A stretch of DNA of 64,000 bases from Eledone cirrhosa (Eukaryota). The first letter of the stretch is position 1, and each line of letters opens with the position of its first letter. The notes under the pieces were generated by a model, which was not told the origin of the DNA, did not search any database, and worked only from the letters and a program-made list of their open reading frames with translations. The DNA lies in NCBI GenBank assembly GCA_964016885.1, contig OZ024762.1, forward strand, positions 6,138,001-6,202,000. The letters are read 5' to 3'. Shown here one piece after another: positions 1-12,777 of the stretch. The translations under genes were made by a program, and so were the position numbers.

Positions 1-527
1 AATAATAATAACAATAATGAAATATTGTGTACAGTGCCCAGGTGCACCACAACTCATCAAAAAAGTCACATGTACAGTACATAGGGCAATGCACAAACAT
101 CAATAAAATGAACAGTGCACGAGTCATGATACACACATAGGTTAGATAGGTTGTCCCATTCTGAAGCCAGATTGGTCAGATGAACATATCCTGCTCATAT
201 GCTCCAATTTGGTTTCTACGGTTGGATGCCCATGTAATAGGAGCATGCTTTCCCATATGGATGAAAAGCAAAGCTAACCTCAGTGGGATTTGAAATCATA
301 ACTATGCCATGAAGCATCTTGTCCGAAGGGTTTTTAGATGAATATAACACTTCGGAATAAAATGTTTTGTACCTTAAAATAAGAGGTTGTTCGGTATTAA
401 AATGGTTAAAATATTTTTGCCCATGTTGAAAGCATGAGCACCTAATCTCTAGAAAAACCTGCAGACTTACACACACACACATATACGTATATACAGAAAT
501 TAATGTTTACAAAATATTTTTTCACAG

Positions 528-590
528 GACATCTCACGCTCCCTTGGTTACAAAGACCCAGTTATTGTTCAAAGTATGTACATCTTTAAG
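528..590 (+). CDS. PHYHD1: PHYHD1 internal exon (DISRSLGYKDPVIVQSMYIFK)
   Basis: ttcacag| acceptor and AAG|gtaaat donor; contains the QSMYIFK motif. Confidence 0.93.
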
Positions 591-594
591 GTAA

Positions 595-634
<40 letters not shown>

Positions 635-775
635 ACTTCTGCTCACTACTTTTTTCCATCTATAGGGGTATTTTACCCACTTTTCTAAGCAATTATTTAG
701 AACAACAAACTGTATTTACAATTATTTCTGTGTCTGAATTTCTTACATTTACTATGAATTATTTTTATATTTCAG

Positions 776-797
776 CAACCTCATTTTGGTGATGCTG
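776..797 (+). CDS. PHYHD1: PHYHD1 22-nt microexon (QPHFGDA/V)
   Basis: atttcag| acceptor and G|gtaagt donor; supplies the QPHFG motif and restores phase. Confidence 0.9.
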
Positions 798-814
798 GTA
801 AGTTAAATATTTCC

Positions 815-1082
815 TTTCATTAAAATAATTGTTTCTACTTTTTGGCACAAGGCCAGCAATTAACCAGTACATTACTGGTACTTTATTTCATTAAAATAAT
901 TGTTTCTACTTTTTGGCACAAGGCCAGCAATTAACCAGTACATTACTGGTACTTTATTTTATCAACCCCGTAAGGATGAAAGGCAAAGTTAACCTCGGCG
1001 GGAATTGAACTCAGATCGTAAAGGGACGTCACTCTATGCTGGAAAGCATAATCCAACCCTCTACTGATACTGCCAATTCACT
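815..1082 (-). mobile_element. tRNA-derived SINE (dominant family), with a 71-bp tandem duplication of its tail
   Basis: Head TGGCAG..GGTAG / GAGTTCAAATCCC; core GCCTTTCATCCTTACGGGGTCGATAAAATAAAGTACCAG. More than 25 copies in the window, e.g. 1781-1962, 14203-14390, 36615-36820, 52339-52520, 63483-63666. Confidence 0.85.
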
Positions 1083-1334
1083 TAAAATAATATTAGCTAT
1101 TTACTTGATGCCTTGTACCTACTGCATTATGTATATATAAACACATTTATGTATGTAAACACATGCATTTATATGTATAATGTATATGTATACATTTATA
1201 TTATGTAAACATACAAAATCATATATTTGTAAACACACACGTTAATATAAGCTTGTTCTACTATTTATCATTGAAAAAAAATCAAAAGCTGTGTTGATGC
1301 TGCTTACTTTAAGCTAACACATTTTTTATTAACT

Positions 1335-1549
1335 TTAACCCTTTAGCTTTTAAACCGGCTGTATCCGGCCAGAATTCTCTCACCTTTTTCTGTTTAAACC
1401 AGTCATAATCGGCTGCTCATACTTATGTAAGGCATTGTTCTCAAAATAGATAATATCAAAATCTCATATTTTCAATATTATGTGAGATAAAGCCTTTTCT
1501 GTGAAAATACAATAGTAAATATAGAATAATGTGAATGCTAAAGGGTTAA
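1335..1549. mobile_element. piggyBac-like MITE
   Basis: TTAA|CCCTTTAGC...GCTAAAGGG|TTAA; second copy at 54293-54520. Confidence 0.7.
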
Positions 1550-1592
1550 AAGAAAAAAGAAAAAAATGAAAAAGTGAACAGAATTAATTTAA

Positions 1593-1871
<279 letters not shown>

Positions 1872-2579
1872 TAACTTCGGCGGGATTTGAACTCAGAATA
1901 GCAAGGGCCGTAACTCCATGCGTCAACGGCATGGCGTCCGACCCTCTACCGATACTACCAATCTATATATTTTCATTAATACAGGGTATATATAGGAATT
2001 GATTTATATATCAATAGACATGTCAATACTTCTTGTTCACCCACTTATTCTTGAAAGTGTCATGGAGACTGAGTCCTGAATCACTCCTTCCAGCAGGTCC
2101 TGTCAGAAGCAACCATCTCTAATTGATCTGTCTGGATCATGAATGTTATCTAACTCTCTTGTTCGTATGTATGTATAAGTATACACCCTCACTTTTCATT
2201 ACCATTGCTTCATTTTCTTGTAACTCTTGTCATAGTTGACGTTGCTCTTATTTTCATTTTCTTTGATTTCTTTCATTTTTCTTTTATTTCCCTAGGGAAT
2301 TCATTGACAAGCTTCTTTTATTTATTTTCTTTGTTTTCTTCATTCAAATGTATTCACACTGGCTGTCTCAGAGACATACAAATATGGCTTATAAAATTTA
2401 CCAAAGTAAAGAGCCCCCCCCCCCCCCCCCCCCCCCCCCTTTGGAGCTCCGAAACGTCCCCTGTTAAGAACATTTGTGCTAAATCATTACAGTATGTTTA
2501 AAGTTAATGTGAAATTTCATAATTAAACGTTCCTTTTGATAACTGATGTATCAGTAGTTTCTCTTTAATTTCAATTAAG

Positions 2580-2699
2580 GTGGGCTACACAATGAACAAA
2601 GGATGGTATTAAACCCTGACATTGAACATGGAACTACTATGGTTGGAAGTGTTCCCAAATATGAAGAAAATCAATTCAAAGACATTGAAGTAAAAAAAG
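2580..2699 (+). CDS. PHYHD1: PHYHD1 exon (SGLHNEQRMVLNP...EVKKG)
   Basis: attaag| acceptor and G|gtgagt donor; phase 1/1 matches both neighbours. Confidence 0.88.
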
Positions 2700-2995
2700 G
2701 TGAGTGTTATAAATTTGGTTTTGTTTTGTTTCTCAAAGTCATAAAGCAGGAAATTAGCAGAATCATTAGATGTCATCACCACCACCACCCTCATCACCAT
2801 CCTTATAATCACAACCATCACCACCACCACCACTGCCACCACTTTACTGGGTTTATTTTATCATGGTAGCAACACTAAAACCTTAGTGTTTCTCTTGACA
2901 CCACCACTTTACAGAGTGGACTGGGTGCATTTTATCATGGTAGCAACAATCTATGGTTATCTTTATTTCCAATCCTAATATTTAATCTATTTCAG

Positions 2996-3122
2996 GGTCA
3001 CTTGTTCTCATACATGGATTGGTTGTTCATAAAAGTGAAAAGAACGTCTCCCAGAAATCCCGACATGCTTATACATTTCATCTCTATGACAAGGACAAAA
3101 GTGTATACTGCTCCAAAAACTG
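2996..3122 (+). CDS. PHYHD1: PHYHD1 exon (GSLVLIHGLVVHKSEKN...SKNW)
   Basis: tttcag| acceptor and TG|gtttgt donor; distal His and the 2OG-binding Arg. Confidence 0.95.
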
Positions 3123-3159
3123 GTTTGTATAAGGCATTAGTATATAATCTTGTGTAGTA

Positions 3160-3945
3160 TGATGGTGTATTGGCAGAATTGGTAGAGTGTCAGTTAAATG
3201 TCATTACGATATTGTGAGTTCAAGTCCTACCAGGGTCAACTTTGACTTTCATCCTTCTAGAGTGTTGATAAAATAAAATACCAGTTAAGATATTATTGAC
3301 TTTCCACTCCCCTAAAATTGCTGGCCTTGTGCCTAAATCAGAAACCATTATTAATTAAAGGGTAGTGGATTGGCAGTATCAGTAGAGCTTCACAGCATAT
3401 AGTTACAACCCTTTACATTTTGATTTCAAATCCTACCTAGGTTAGCTTTGTCTTTCCTCCTTATGAGGTTGATAAAATAAAGTACCAGTAACATACTGCT
3501 GTTGATTTAATCGACTTTCCCCTCCCCAAAAATCCGTAGGCTTGTGCCTAAATCGGAAACCGCATTGGTAGAGGGTTGGACACCATGCTTTGTAGCATAG
3601 AGTTATGCCCCTTGCCATTCTAAGTTCAAATCCCGCCGAGGTTAACATTGCCTTTCATCCTTACAGGGTCGATAAAATAAAGTACCAGTAATACACTGGG
3701 ATAATTGCTGGCCTTGTGACAAAAGTAGAAACAATTATTATTATTATTAATCAAGGGGTGATAGATTGGCAGTATTGGTAGAGGGTAGGACAAAATGCTT
3801 TGTGGTATTTACTTACAACTTTCTACATTCTGAGTTTCAATCTTGCCAAGGCCAACTTTGCTTTTCATCCGAGGTCGATAAAATATGATACTAGTCATGT
3901 ACTTTGCCCTGCCCCCAATTTACTGGCATTGTGCCTAAATTAAAC
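3160..3945 (+). mobile_element. Four tandem SINE copies in the last PHYHD1 intron
   Basis: Four head-core-tail units of the dominant SINE in a row. Confidence 0.85.
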
Positions 3946-4470
3946 AGAATCAATTGTATTTTCAAAGCATTGAGCAAATTTTGAATTTTGAATGTATGTT
4001 AACTTAAATCAAGCTGCCTTAATGAAGGTTTTTTACTCTAAAATAGTTGAACAAGAATCACTGGACAGATTTTACAGGCAAAACCAACTGGCAGGAGATG
4101 CAGAGGTAAACCACAAGCAAGATTGTTGGATAACACCCATGAGCTTGGCTGGTCTTGCTTGGGGAAACAGTTGCTTCTAACAGGACCCATTGGAAGGGTG
4201 TGTTTCATAATTCTGTGCCTATGACTCTCCCAGGAATAAGTAGATGAAAAAGAAGTTGGACATATAAGGCCTAGGACACAGCATTGCCTGTGGCCACATT
4301 TTTCTCTCTCTAGTGGCTTATATGTCCAGTTTGTTCAACAATTTTTCATAGTCAAAAATCCTATATTTGAAGCAGCTTACTTTACTATAAAATAATTTGT
4401 CTATTTTCAATTGTTTTTATTTTTCCCTAAAACTAATCAAAACCATTTCTTAAATTCCATGTTTCCACAG

Positions 4471-4531
4471 GTTACAGCCAACTGATAACTATTCCTTTGC
4501 GCATCTCTACAGAAAAAAATCCAGTTACTGA
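4471..4531 (+). CDS. PHYHD1: PHYHD1 last coding exon (WLQPTDNYSFAHLYRKKSSY*)
   Basis: ttccacag| acceptor; completes the NWLQP motif; TGA at 4529-4531. Confidence 0.92.
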
Positions 4532-5263
4532 TTGGAAATTACACCAGAAAAGATGACATTTTTCTAGGGAACAGCGTAAAGTTTAGATTTATTTTAAACA
4601 CGATAAACTAATTAAATTCAAATGAATCCATTGTGTTATGAAATTTCAAATTTTTAAACCTTCTAATTTTGTGAGATTTTTATAAATAATGGTGGTGTGT
4701 CAAAGTTGAGGTAGGTAAGGATTCTTGACAATAATTGATTTTTGAACATTTATCACAAAATAATCTGACAACACCACTCCAAATTATTATAGAGTTTTAT
4801 AATCTTTGCTAGTATGGTAAAACAAGTGAATGTAAAATATTGTAGAAGGATTAAGTTTAAACTAATTTCTTGCAGGTATTTCTTTTTTTATTGTCTTCAA
4901 ATATCTTAATTATAAAAAGCAATTTCTAAAATTAAAAAAAAGAATATATTTTTAAATATATACAAGAAAGAAATATCTAAGTTAACCTAATAGTTATTTT
5001 AGCATGGTTAAATTTATAAAATATTTTATTGTGTAATAATTGTTTTCTCATTGAGAGTTAAATAAATTATATTTCTGATATATGGTCTTTCTTGTTTGAA
5101 ATTTACAGCTCACAGCTACAGAGGTTTAGCTGGCCTTCTAAGAGATTGCATCTCTCCCTCTATCTCTGTATCATCTTTAAAAACTCGTTACAAACTTACA
5201 ATAGTACAAGAAAGAAAAAAAAATAAATACAAATTTTCCAACTGATCTTTTGTATTAAATTTA

Positions 5264-5536
5264 TTATTTCTGGTCATCTAAGGTTTTTTTGTTGTTTTAA
5301 ATCTTTTTTTTTCTGGTCTCCTCAGGTCTTTTCATTTTAAATATATTTCTGGTCACCTAAGAGTTCTTTTTGTTTTAAATTTCTTATTTCTGATCACCTA
5401 AGAGTTCTTTTTGTTTTAAATTTCGTATTTCTGGTCACCTAAGAGGCCTTTTTGTTTTAAATCTGTTATTTCTGGTCACCTAAGAGGCCTTTTTGTTTTA
5501 AATCTGTTATTTCTGATCTCTTATGGGTTTTTTTTG
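5264..5536. repeat. ~41-bp minisatellite (about 7 units) homologous to the MRRF stop-codon region
   Basis: Unit TTATTTCTGGTCACCTAAGAG(TT/GC)CTTTTTGTTTTAAAT matches 5776-5808. Confidence 0.85.
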
Positions 5537-5770
5537 TTAAACTCTTATACCAACCTAGCGAAAACCAGCTCTGGTTTTATGAAATAAAACCACTTATTTA
5601 AAGTTATTCCTATTTAAATCAAAATTTTTAAATATAATATTATATAAGGACCATATGTTAGGTTACTATCTTAGTAATGAAATAATAGTTTTAGTAAATC
5701 CGTCAAAATTCTTCATTAATTAATTAAAATATATTGTATTTCATTAGATAGGTGATCACAAAAGGGTTAA
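5537..5770. mobile_element. Degenerate TTAA-flanked piggyBac-like MITE
   Basis: TTAA..AAAGGG|TTAA ends; related to 27535-27777 and 63192-63771. Confidence 0.5.
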
Positions 5771-5775
5771 AACTG

Positions 5776-5862
5776 TTATTTCTGGTCACTTAAGAGGTCT
5801 CTTTGTTTACGTGTCATCACCTCATCAGCTTCTGTCATCCTCTCATGCATCTGAAATATTAA
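5776..5862 (-). CDS. MRRF: MRRF last exon (LIFQMHERMTEADEVMTRKQRDLLSDQK*)
   Basis: Polypyrimidine tract plus tag| acceptor; aligns with the human C-terminus ...AVKTKELLG. A second in-frame cag lies 12 nt downstream. Confidence 0.85.
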   Translation of the reverse strand, partial: LIFQMHERMTEADEVMTRKQRDLLSDQK

Positions 5863-5957
5863 CTAAAAAAAGAAGAAAAATAAAAGAATAGCATTATTGA
5901 ACACAGTAACTATGGTAACAGCATATAAATATGATGTGGATTATATATAAAAAAAAA

Positions 5958-6527
5958 CTAGCTGAGGTACCCAGCTTTGCCTGGGTAAACAGATGATAAA
6001 AAAAGACTGGTAGAAGAGAAAACAACTGTATTGGATGTGTTGTCTGGTATACAGTATGAGGCGAGGCCGCGGTGTGACAAAAAAAAAAAAAAATTGAGTA
6101 AAAAATCTTCCAGATACACCAGATTCTTCATTTTACCATTTGTGCATAGTATATGAAGATTTCTAGGTGTTTCCACTCATGAACAACCTACATATAACTG
6201 TCCATAGGTAAAAAGCTATTCTCTTCTATTCAATTCGACAACTTTGAAACTCTGAGCCTGAGCTTTATATATGGTCATAGTAAAACTGGTTCTAACAGGG
6301 AACTGAAGTCTTGAGAATTTGAATGGCAGCTTGGTAGAGGAAGGGATAAGTGGAATCTTGGGAATAAATACATTTTCTCCTTGATGATTGCCTCCAAGAA
6401 TAGTGACCTCCAGGAGATGGTTCATCATCCTCCTGGCAGTATAAAGTGTGTGCTATTGCATAGAAGTAGAAGGTCCACATTTCTCAAAAGGATGATGGAA
6501 GTTCCAATATTTTATATTATATATAGA
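5958..6527 (-). mobile_element. Internally deleted Helitron (PIF1 helicase C-terminal relic)
   Basis: 5' TCTATATATA end; frameshifted IPKIPLIP..RLQFPVR..MTIxKAQ..GQLYVG; 3' hairpin at 5968-5987 then CTAG; inserted at an A|T site. Confidence 0.85.
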
Positions 6528-7388
6528 TAATTGTATATAAATGTGTGTGTGAGTGTTAATTCTCTGTGTATCTGATTAAGTACTTACATGAAGATGTGTG
6601 TATATGTAAGTTACTAAGGCGTAATGTACGTAACGAATGCAAAAATGCACACACACTCATATACAAAATGTGACATAGTCGTGTTGTAAAATATCTGTTT
6701 ACTTATAGTCTAAATATAGTAGATTATTTTTGATAAAATGTTATATTGTTTTAATCCAAATGAAAATAAAAATGATATGTTGTTACTCCAGGGGTCTAAG
6801 AGACAAAGAATTTTATATATATAGAGATGGTGTGTGGTTAAGAAACATGCTTTGCAGCAACGTGGTTTCAGTTTTCTGATGTCAAATAGGAAACAAAGAG
6901 AAGAGAAACAACACACATACATATATATATATGTTAGGTGTGTAACTACAGTTACAGGCTGTGTGCCATTTGGAGCACTCAATGCTGTTATGAGGTCTGC
7001 CTCATGTGGGTTGTATTCCAGAGTTAAGGTGTATGTAGAGTGTTATTACAGAAAGTAGAATTGACCTTTGTCAACAGTTTAGAGGTGCCTTTGCATATAT
7101 AAACTTGCAGATCTGATGAGATGTTGAAAAAGAGTCGGGCCACACCATTTTGATTGTACTCTGAGCTGATTGATATCAAAACAATTGTAATATGCCAATA
7201 AAGTTTGTACACATGCTGCAACACTGACTTCAATTCTACTTATCTATCTATCTATCTATATATAAACAGAATATCGGTGTACAAAGATAATTTTCCTTGT
7301 CCATCAATTTGCTACTAACCCCTCGATACTTAAACCACTAAAATCTCTCAAGCAGAAGGAACACATATAGATATCTTATATAAAGAGA

Positions 7389-7810
7389 CTAGATGAGGTA
7401 CCCGGCTTCACCCGGGAGAACAATTAAGAGAAGACGGATAAAAGTGAAAACAACTTTCTGGTTTACAGTATGAGGTGAGACCATAATGTGTGTATGAGAG
7501 AGAGAGACAGACAGACATAAAAAAAATCTATCATAAAACTTTGTTACTAGGCTGGATGAGTAAACTGCTGATTAAATGGTAGCATTGGCCTTGGATTTTA
7601 AATGTTGTGAAATAACCACAGTCAGTATGATCTTTTTCAGTTCCAAAGGATGTTATCTGAAGCACAGCAATATACTGCATAACATTGCTTCTGAAGTGTT
7701 TAGCTTCATTAGTAAGGTCTGTAAGCAATATATTGGATAAAAGCTGGAGGGTCTTCTATCAGTGGAAGTCTGATATTTCCTCCTAAGCAACACATGCCAA
7801 GTGTAATATC
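7389..7810 (-). mobile_element. Second Helitron relic (Rep N-terminal region plus 3' end)
   Basis: HFRSN..QITSFG..FKIQGQCYHLISSLL resembles the Helitron N-terminal motif; CCCGG/CCGGG hairpin at 7401-7416 and CTAG at 7389-7392. Confidence 0.75.
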
Positions 7811-7849
7811 CATGCTACCAATCACGACTTTAGGATCATTTCTATAATT

Positions 7850-8676
7850 CTTCGATGGATCATATGAAAATGCAGTTCTTAGCTAGTTTCTATAGGGGAT
7901 TAATGGAAGATAAGTGTGACAACGTTCTCTGGGAAACTCTAGGCATCGAGGAGGACGAACTGACCAGTCTGTTCAGGAGGACTTTCTGTCCAGGGCCTAT
8001 GGATAACTTCCAGAGGTCTCTGGCTTGGCAGTGCTACCAAGGAGCTCTACCAGTTCGACACAAAATCTACAAGCATGGACGCCCTGGCAGAGATCCTGCC
8101 AAAAGGACCTGTCCAAGATGCGAGCAGGACATTGAAACTCTTCTGCATGCAATTGTTCAGTGCCCAGGGGTGACCGACCTGTGGAATTATGTCGAATAGC
8201 TACTGACATGTGTGGGACGCATCCCGTTGTCAGCCGAGTCCATCGTGAGGATCACCCTGCCGCCTTCATTTAAGATTGAAGGAGAGGCGGCTTTCCTCAG
8301 TCTGGCGAAAGAGGTTAAAAGATCTGAGGGCAAACACCTTTCTCTCCGACAACTCATCCCCTTCTTTAAGTACCACTTCAAAAGGAAGGTGAGAGTGAAG
8401 AGAGAGGTGCTACACCCCAGTAAATTTGCTGAAAGGTGGGTGAATGGGTCTTCTCTATATAAACCTGTAGGTTGAGGAAGATAAACAGAGGGAAGACAGG
8501 AACACCTACAAAACGTGTTCCTGGTGTTGTAAAACAACCCCGCAGTAACATTCTCCCTGTTGGGGATTTCAATTGTTTTATTTTATATATAGTTTATTGT
8601 TAAAGATGTTATGTAAAACCCCTGCCGTCACGTCTTGTAATGTCCCATTTTTGTTTCGCCCTTGTGGCAAATAAAG

Positions 8677-8713
<37 letters not shown>
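7850..8713 (+). mobile_element. 3' end of a Tx1/L1-type LINE
   Basis: zf-RVT-like W..Y.GALPV..CPRC..ETLLHAIVQC, one in-frame stop, AATAAA at 8670-8675 and a (TA)n tail. Confidence 0.8.
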
Positions 8714-8716
<3 letters not shown>

Positions 8717-8860
8717 ACATTGCAGATGACTATAATAATAGTTGATAACTATAAATCTTTTTCCATCCCCAGAAGTACTTTACCTGATTTATAGTTATGA
8801 ACTATTATTATAGTCATCTGCATTGTGGCAACTATATTATCATTCTTTTTTAAAACTTAC

Positions 8861-9020
8861 TAATTCTTGGATATTGGTAATTAAATCTTCTGAATGGTTT
8901 TCTTTGTTAGCTTTTAGCTTCTTAGAATATTTATTGCAAATTTCACGAAGTTTCTGTTTACTCTTATCACATAAAGCTTTGGCAGATTTAGATAACTTTT
9001 CACGGTGTTCTTTTGAAACT
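8861..9020 (-). CDS. MRRF: MRRF exon (VSKEHREKLSKSAK...SEDLITNIQEL)
   Basis: cttcag| acceptor and |gtaagt donor; EHRE and SED motifs of RRF. Confidence 0.93.
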
Positions 9021-9124
9021 CTGAAGTAAAAGAAAATTTAGAGCATAAAAGATGGATATTTATTTCTTACAAAGACTAGATCAACATAACAAATGTTTTG
9101 ACTCTTTTGTTGCCTGATACTCTA

Positions 9125-9450
9125 GTGTGGAAATTTAGACTTCCAGACAACATGAAAAGCAGCCTCTTTCAAGCAACTGTTACCTCTGTTCTATTGTATG
9201 GCTGCTCAGCATGGACTCTTAAACCTGGACAGAAAATTGGATGGAGCCTCCACTCACATTCTAAGAGTGGCTTTGAATGTCACTTGGAGAGAACATCTGA
9301 CCAATGAGCAACTGTATGGGAACCTTCGTCCAGTATTAGACATCATCAATGAGTCAGATTTGCAAGACATTGTTGGAGAGCTAAATATGAAATTGTTAGT
9401 GAAGTTCTTTTGTGGGAGCCTACACAAGGAAGAGCTAACAGTAGATTTGT
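9125..9450 (+). mobile_element. Degenerate RTE-type LINE C-terminal fragment
   Basis: LFQATVTSVLLYGCSAWTL / LDGA..ILRVALNVTWREHLTNEQLYG across frameshifts. Confidence 0.7.
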
Positions 9451-10584
9451 GATGACATAACTGCAATCCAGCCAAATATGATGAACAATAGAATTGTATG
9501 GTGACAGAGAGTCAAGGGAATCTGTGCAAGAAGTACACCCTATTGACCATATTCCTGGAGATAATTTCCAATTCATTTAGAAAATAATCAAAAATTTTGA
9601 AAATTTAGTAACATAATTATCTATCTCATAATTCAGTTGGAGTTTGGAACATAACTTAACACAGATTTTTACATAAAATTATGAGGAAAGGTTGTAAATA
9701 AATATAAGCACTTTAAAATAAACAGCTTAGTCTCACTGAACCAAGGTGGTTTGGTTTCAGAAATGATTAAGGGTTTTTTTCTCTGCTAAAGCAGGAGTTA
9801 GCCTTGTGGGACCTCATGATAGACTTCACACTCATCATGAGGTCCTTTGTGAGGTAAAGTTTTACAACTGGAAGCCCTTCTTACTTAGATTTAGACTCCC
9901 CTGCATCTTGAGATGCATTTGGCAGCTAAAGTGCTCCAATGACCAGTCAGTTGCATCTATCAATATATCGTTCTAACTTTTGTTGATGGGTTTCAGGTCT
10001 GCGTTGATTGTCTGCTGCCAGTTCATTTTAGGATGTCCCCTTTGCCTCTTTCCATTGGAGTACCATTTTTCAGTCACTTCTTACATCATACAAGAATAAC
10101 AATGTACCTATGTACACATTCTAAACGGGATACAGACAGTATGGAGACAAGAAGACTGGTATCAGCAGCAGCAGCACTGTTTAACATCTAATTTCCATGC
10201 TTGCATGGGTTAGAGGGGGTTGTCATGTTGTGAAACAAGTGACATCAGGTGACCTGTGTCTTGCTCGTACAGAACTGTTTCTGGCTTGGTTTCTACAGAT
10301 GGATGCCCTTCCTAACACTAACCACATTACAGTGTGGACTGGGTGCATTTTATCATGGTACCAAAACAATCGGACTGGGTACTTTTTTGGCGTGTCACCA
10401 GCATGGGAAGGATTTATGATAAATTATCAATTATTTCATTAATAAGATGGTATTTATAACATAACTTAACAAATTATGTTGGAAGATTTTAAATGAAATA
10501 GCAACCGTTTTTAAAATGGGTGGTTTTGTTTTATAGAACCAGAGCTGGTTTTGGAGGGATTGCTATCAAAAAGATTAAAATGCA

Positions 10585-10975
10585 TGTTGTGGTGATGATG
10601 GTGGTGGAGATGATAGTGGTAGTGAAGGTAGTGATGTCGGAAGAGGTGATAGTGGTGGTGATGTAGATCATAGTGGTAGTAAAATTGGTGGTGGTGGAGG
10701 AGATGATAGTGGTAGTGATGGTGGGTGTCTCGGAGGAGGTGGCGATGGTGATGGAGATAATAGTAGTATAGGTGATGATGTTAGAGGTTGTAGTGCTGGT
10801 GATTGTGGTGGAGATGATAGTGGTAGTTATGGTGGTGATGGTAGTGGAGATGATAGTGGTAGTAAAGGTGCTGGTGATGGTGGATAGTAAAGGTAGAGCT
10901 GTTGGTGGTAGTGGTAGTGATGGTGTCAAAGGATGTGGTAATGGGTGGTAGCAGTGATACTGATGGTGGTAGTGT
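10585..10975. repeat. Degenerate (GGT/GAT/AGT)n microsatellite
   Basis: Triplet low complexity in an MRRF intron. Confidence 0.9.
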
Positions 10976-11024
10976 GAGGGGGTATGGGGGTGAACAACAG
11001 TAGTGATTACAACAAGGTTCTTAC

Positions 11025-11116
11025 TTTGGTATTGGTATATAAATGGTTGTACCCTCCACTTGAGGGTTTGGAAAAGATCCAGATTTGGTGATGGCAGTTT
11101 TTACCGCTGTCAAATA
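11025..11116 (-). CDS. MRRF: MRRF exon (YLTAVKTAITKSG..NPQVEGTTIYIPIPK)
   Basis: ttccag| acceptor and |gtaaga donor; NPxxEG...PIP motif. Confidence 0.93.
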
Positions 11117-12151
11117 CTGGAAAGAAAAAATAAAAGAAGTTTCTTTTAACATGTGTCTCTAACTTAAACACATCCTACACCACATGAAACCACATTAGCA
11201 ACACATCCTTTAAAAGGACAAAAGAGTCCTATGACTGCTTCACATTAAAAATTAAAGTATTTTGTCTAATACTGCAAATTTTTCACAATTTGTCCTCTTG
11301 TAAAGATACTACAAACATTTGAATTAACAAACCTATTTTTAAATATTTTCTGCTGAATCATTACAAGATGTTAAGAGATAATACTGCAAATATTCATAAC
11401 AATTTTTCCACTAGTGACGATACTATAAATATTTGAATTAACAAACCCATTTTTAGATATTTTCTGCTAAATCATTGCAGGATGTTAATCAGAAGTTTAA
11501 ACTCTGGGATTGACTAAATCAATCGATAAATTCTCAGGGTTGCTAGAAAGCAGGACAAATTTTATTTTTGTTCCAGCTCTCTGAGTTCAAATCCTGCTGG
11601 GGTCAACTTTGCCTTTTATCCTTTTAGAAAATATGGTTTGTTGAAGACCAGTAGATATCCATGCATACCAGTCACCCTTTTCCTATCACCAATCTTGTCT
11701 AAATGAAAGGCAAAGGCCAATAAAACTTGGCATCAGTGTAGTCACAATTCATATATACACTAAATATACACTATATATGATGCTGTCCAAGAGAAAGGCA
11801 AGGGCTAATACAGTTTGACACCAGTGTCATTGTAACTCATATATACACATATACACTATAATGTATATATATATATATAATGTATATATATCTAATATAC
11901 ATTATATACACTATAATGTATATATATAATATACATTATATACACTATTTATGATGTTGTCCAAGAGAAAGGCAAAGTCTAATACAGTTTGACACCAGTG
12001 TCATTGTAACTCACATTTTTCCAGCTGAGTTGACTGGAGCAACATAAAATAAACAACACTCACTCCAGGAATTAAACTCACAACCTTACAATCATAAACA
12101 CAACAGCCTAACTAGTATTTACATAAATGAGTAAACAATTCTTGAACAAAC

Positions 12152-12270
12152 CTGAGAAGATTCCCTTAAATTAATGACAATCAAAGATGGATTCTTTTGG
12201 ACAATTTGAGCAATTTGGTTGAGAGGATATTCCTTATTTTCTATCTTCACAGTAATAGTGTCAAATACAC
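12152..12270 (-). CDS. MRRF: MRRF exon (RVFDTITV..YPLNQIAQI..SSQ)
   Basis: tttcag| acceptor and CAG|gtttgt donor; LNQIAQI motif. Confidence 0.93.
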
Positions 12271-12777
12271 CTGAAATAAAATGAATTGGATTGGAGTCAT
12301 TCAGAGTTTAGCAAAGAAATCATTGTTGATGTTACAACTCACTACTGTGCAGATGCAGCTGGCTTCCTACAAGGTTGTATCTCATAGGAGATTTCTTGGG
12401 TGTTTTAATGATAGGGGCCCCCGTTCTATCATGATCTTGTTACAACTCACACCTGCACAGCTTTAGCCTTCTTTCTATGATATATCTCAAGAAGTTTGTT
12501 AGGTGCTTTAAAGAGAGGGACCCCAGTCTATTGTGTTGCTTGAAATTTATAGAACACACATGATTATGTAAGTTGTAAATAACCGAACACTCTTATATCA
12601 TTGTGTAGTATATACTACACAATGATTGATCATATATATGATTTTAAACAAATAATATGCACATGTATAAAGCAAATGATATACTTGTAACTGTGTAAAG
12701 TGCATCATGTGAATAAACTTGTGGTGTGTGTATTTTAGGGTCTTATTAATGTTTGTAGTGAGTTTCCCTGCCTTAGA

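Noticed and set aside
2414-2439. C26 homopolymer (also near 40620-40638 and a G run near 25154) as a G-quadruplex
   Set aside because: Simple intronic homopolymers of unreliable length, with no functional evidence.
5100-5180. Possible extra minus-strand terminal exon of MRRF (DTEIEGEMQSLRRPAKPL*)
   Set aside because: Its phase does not fit any donor, and the RRF C-terminus is already complete at 5776.
7024-7233. QNGVAR resembling the integrase QNGxAER motif
   Set aside because: A single short motif with no other DDE context.
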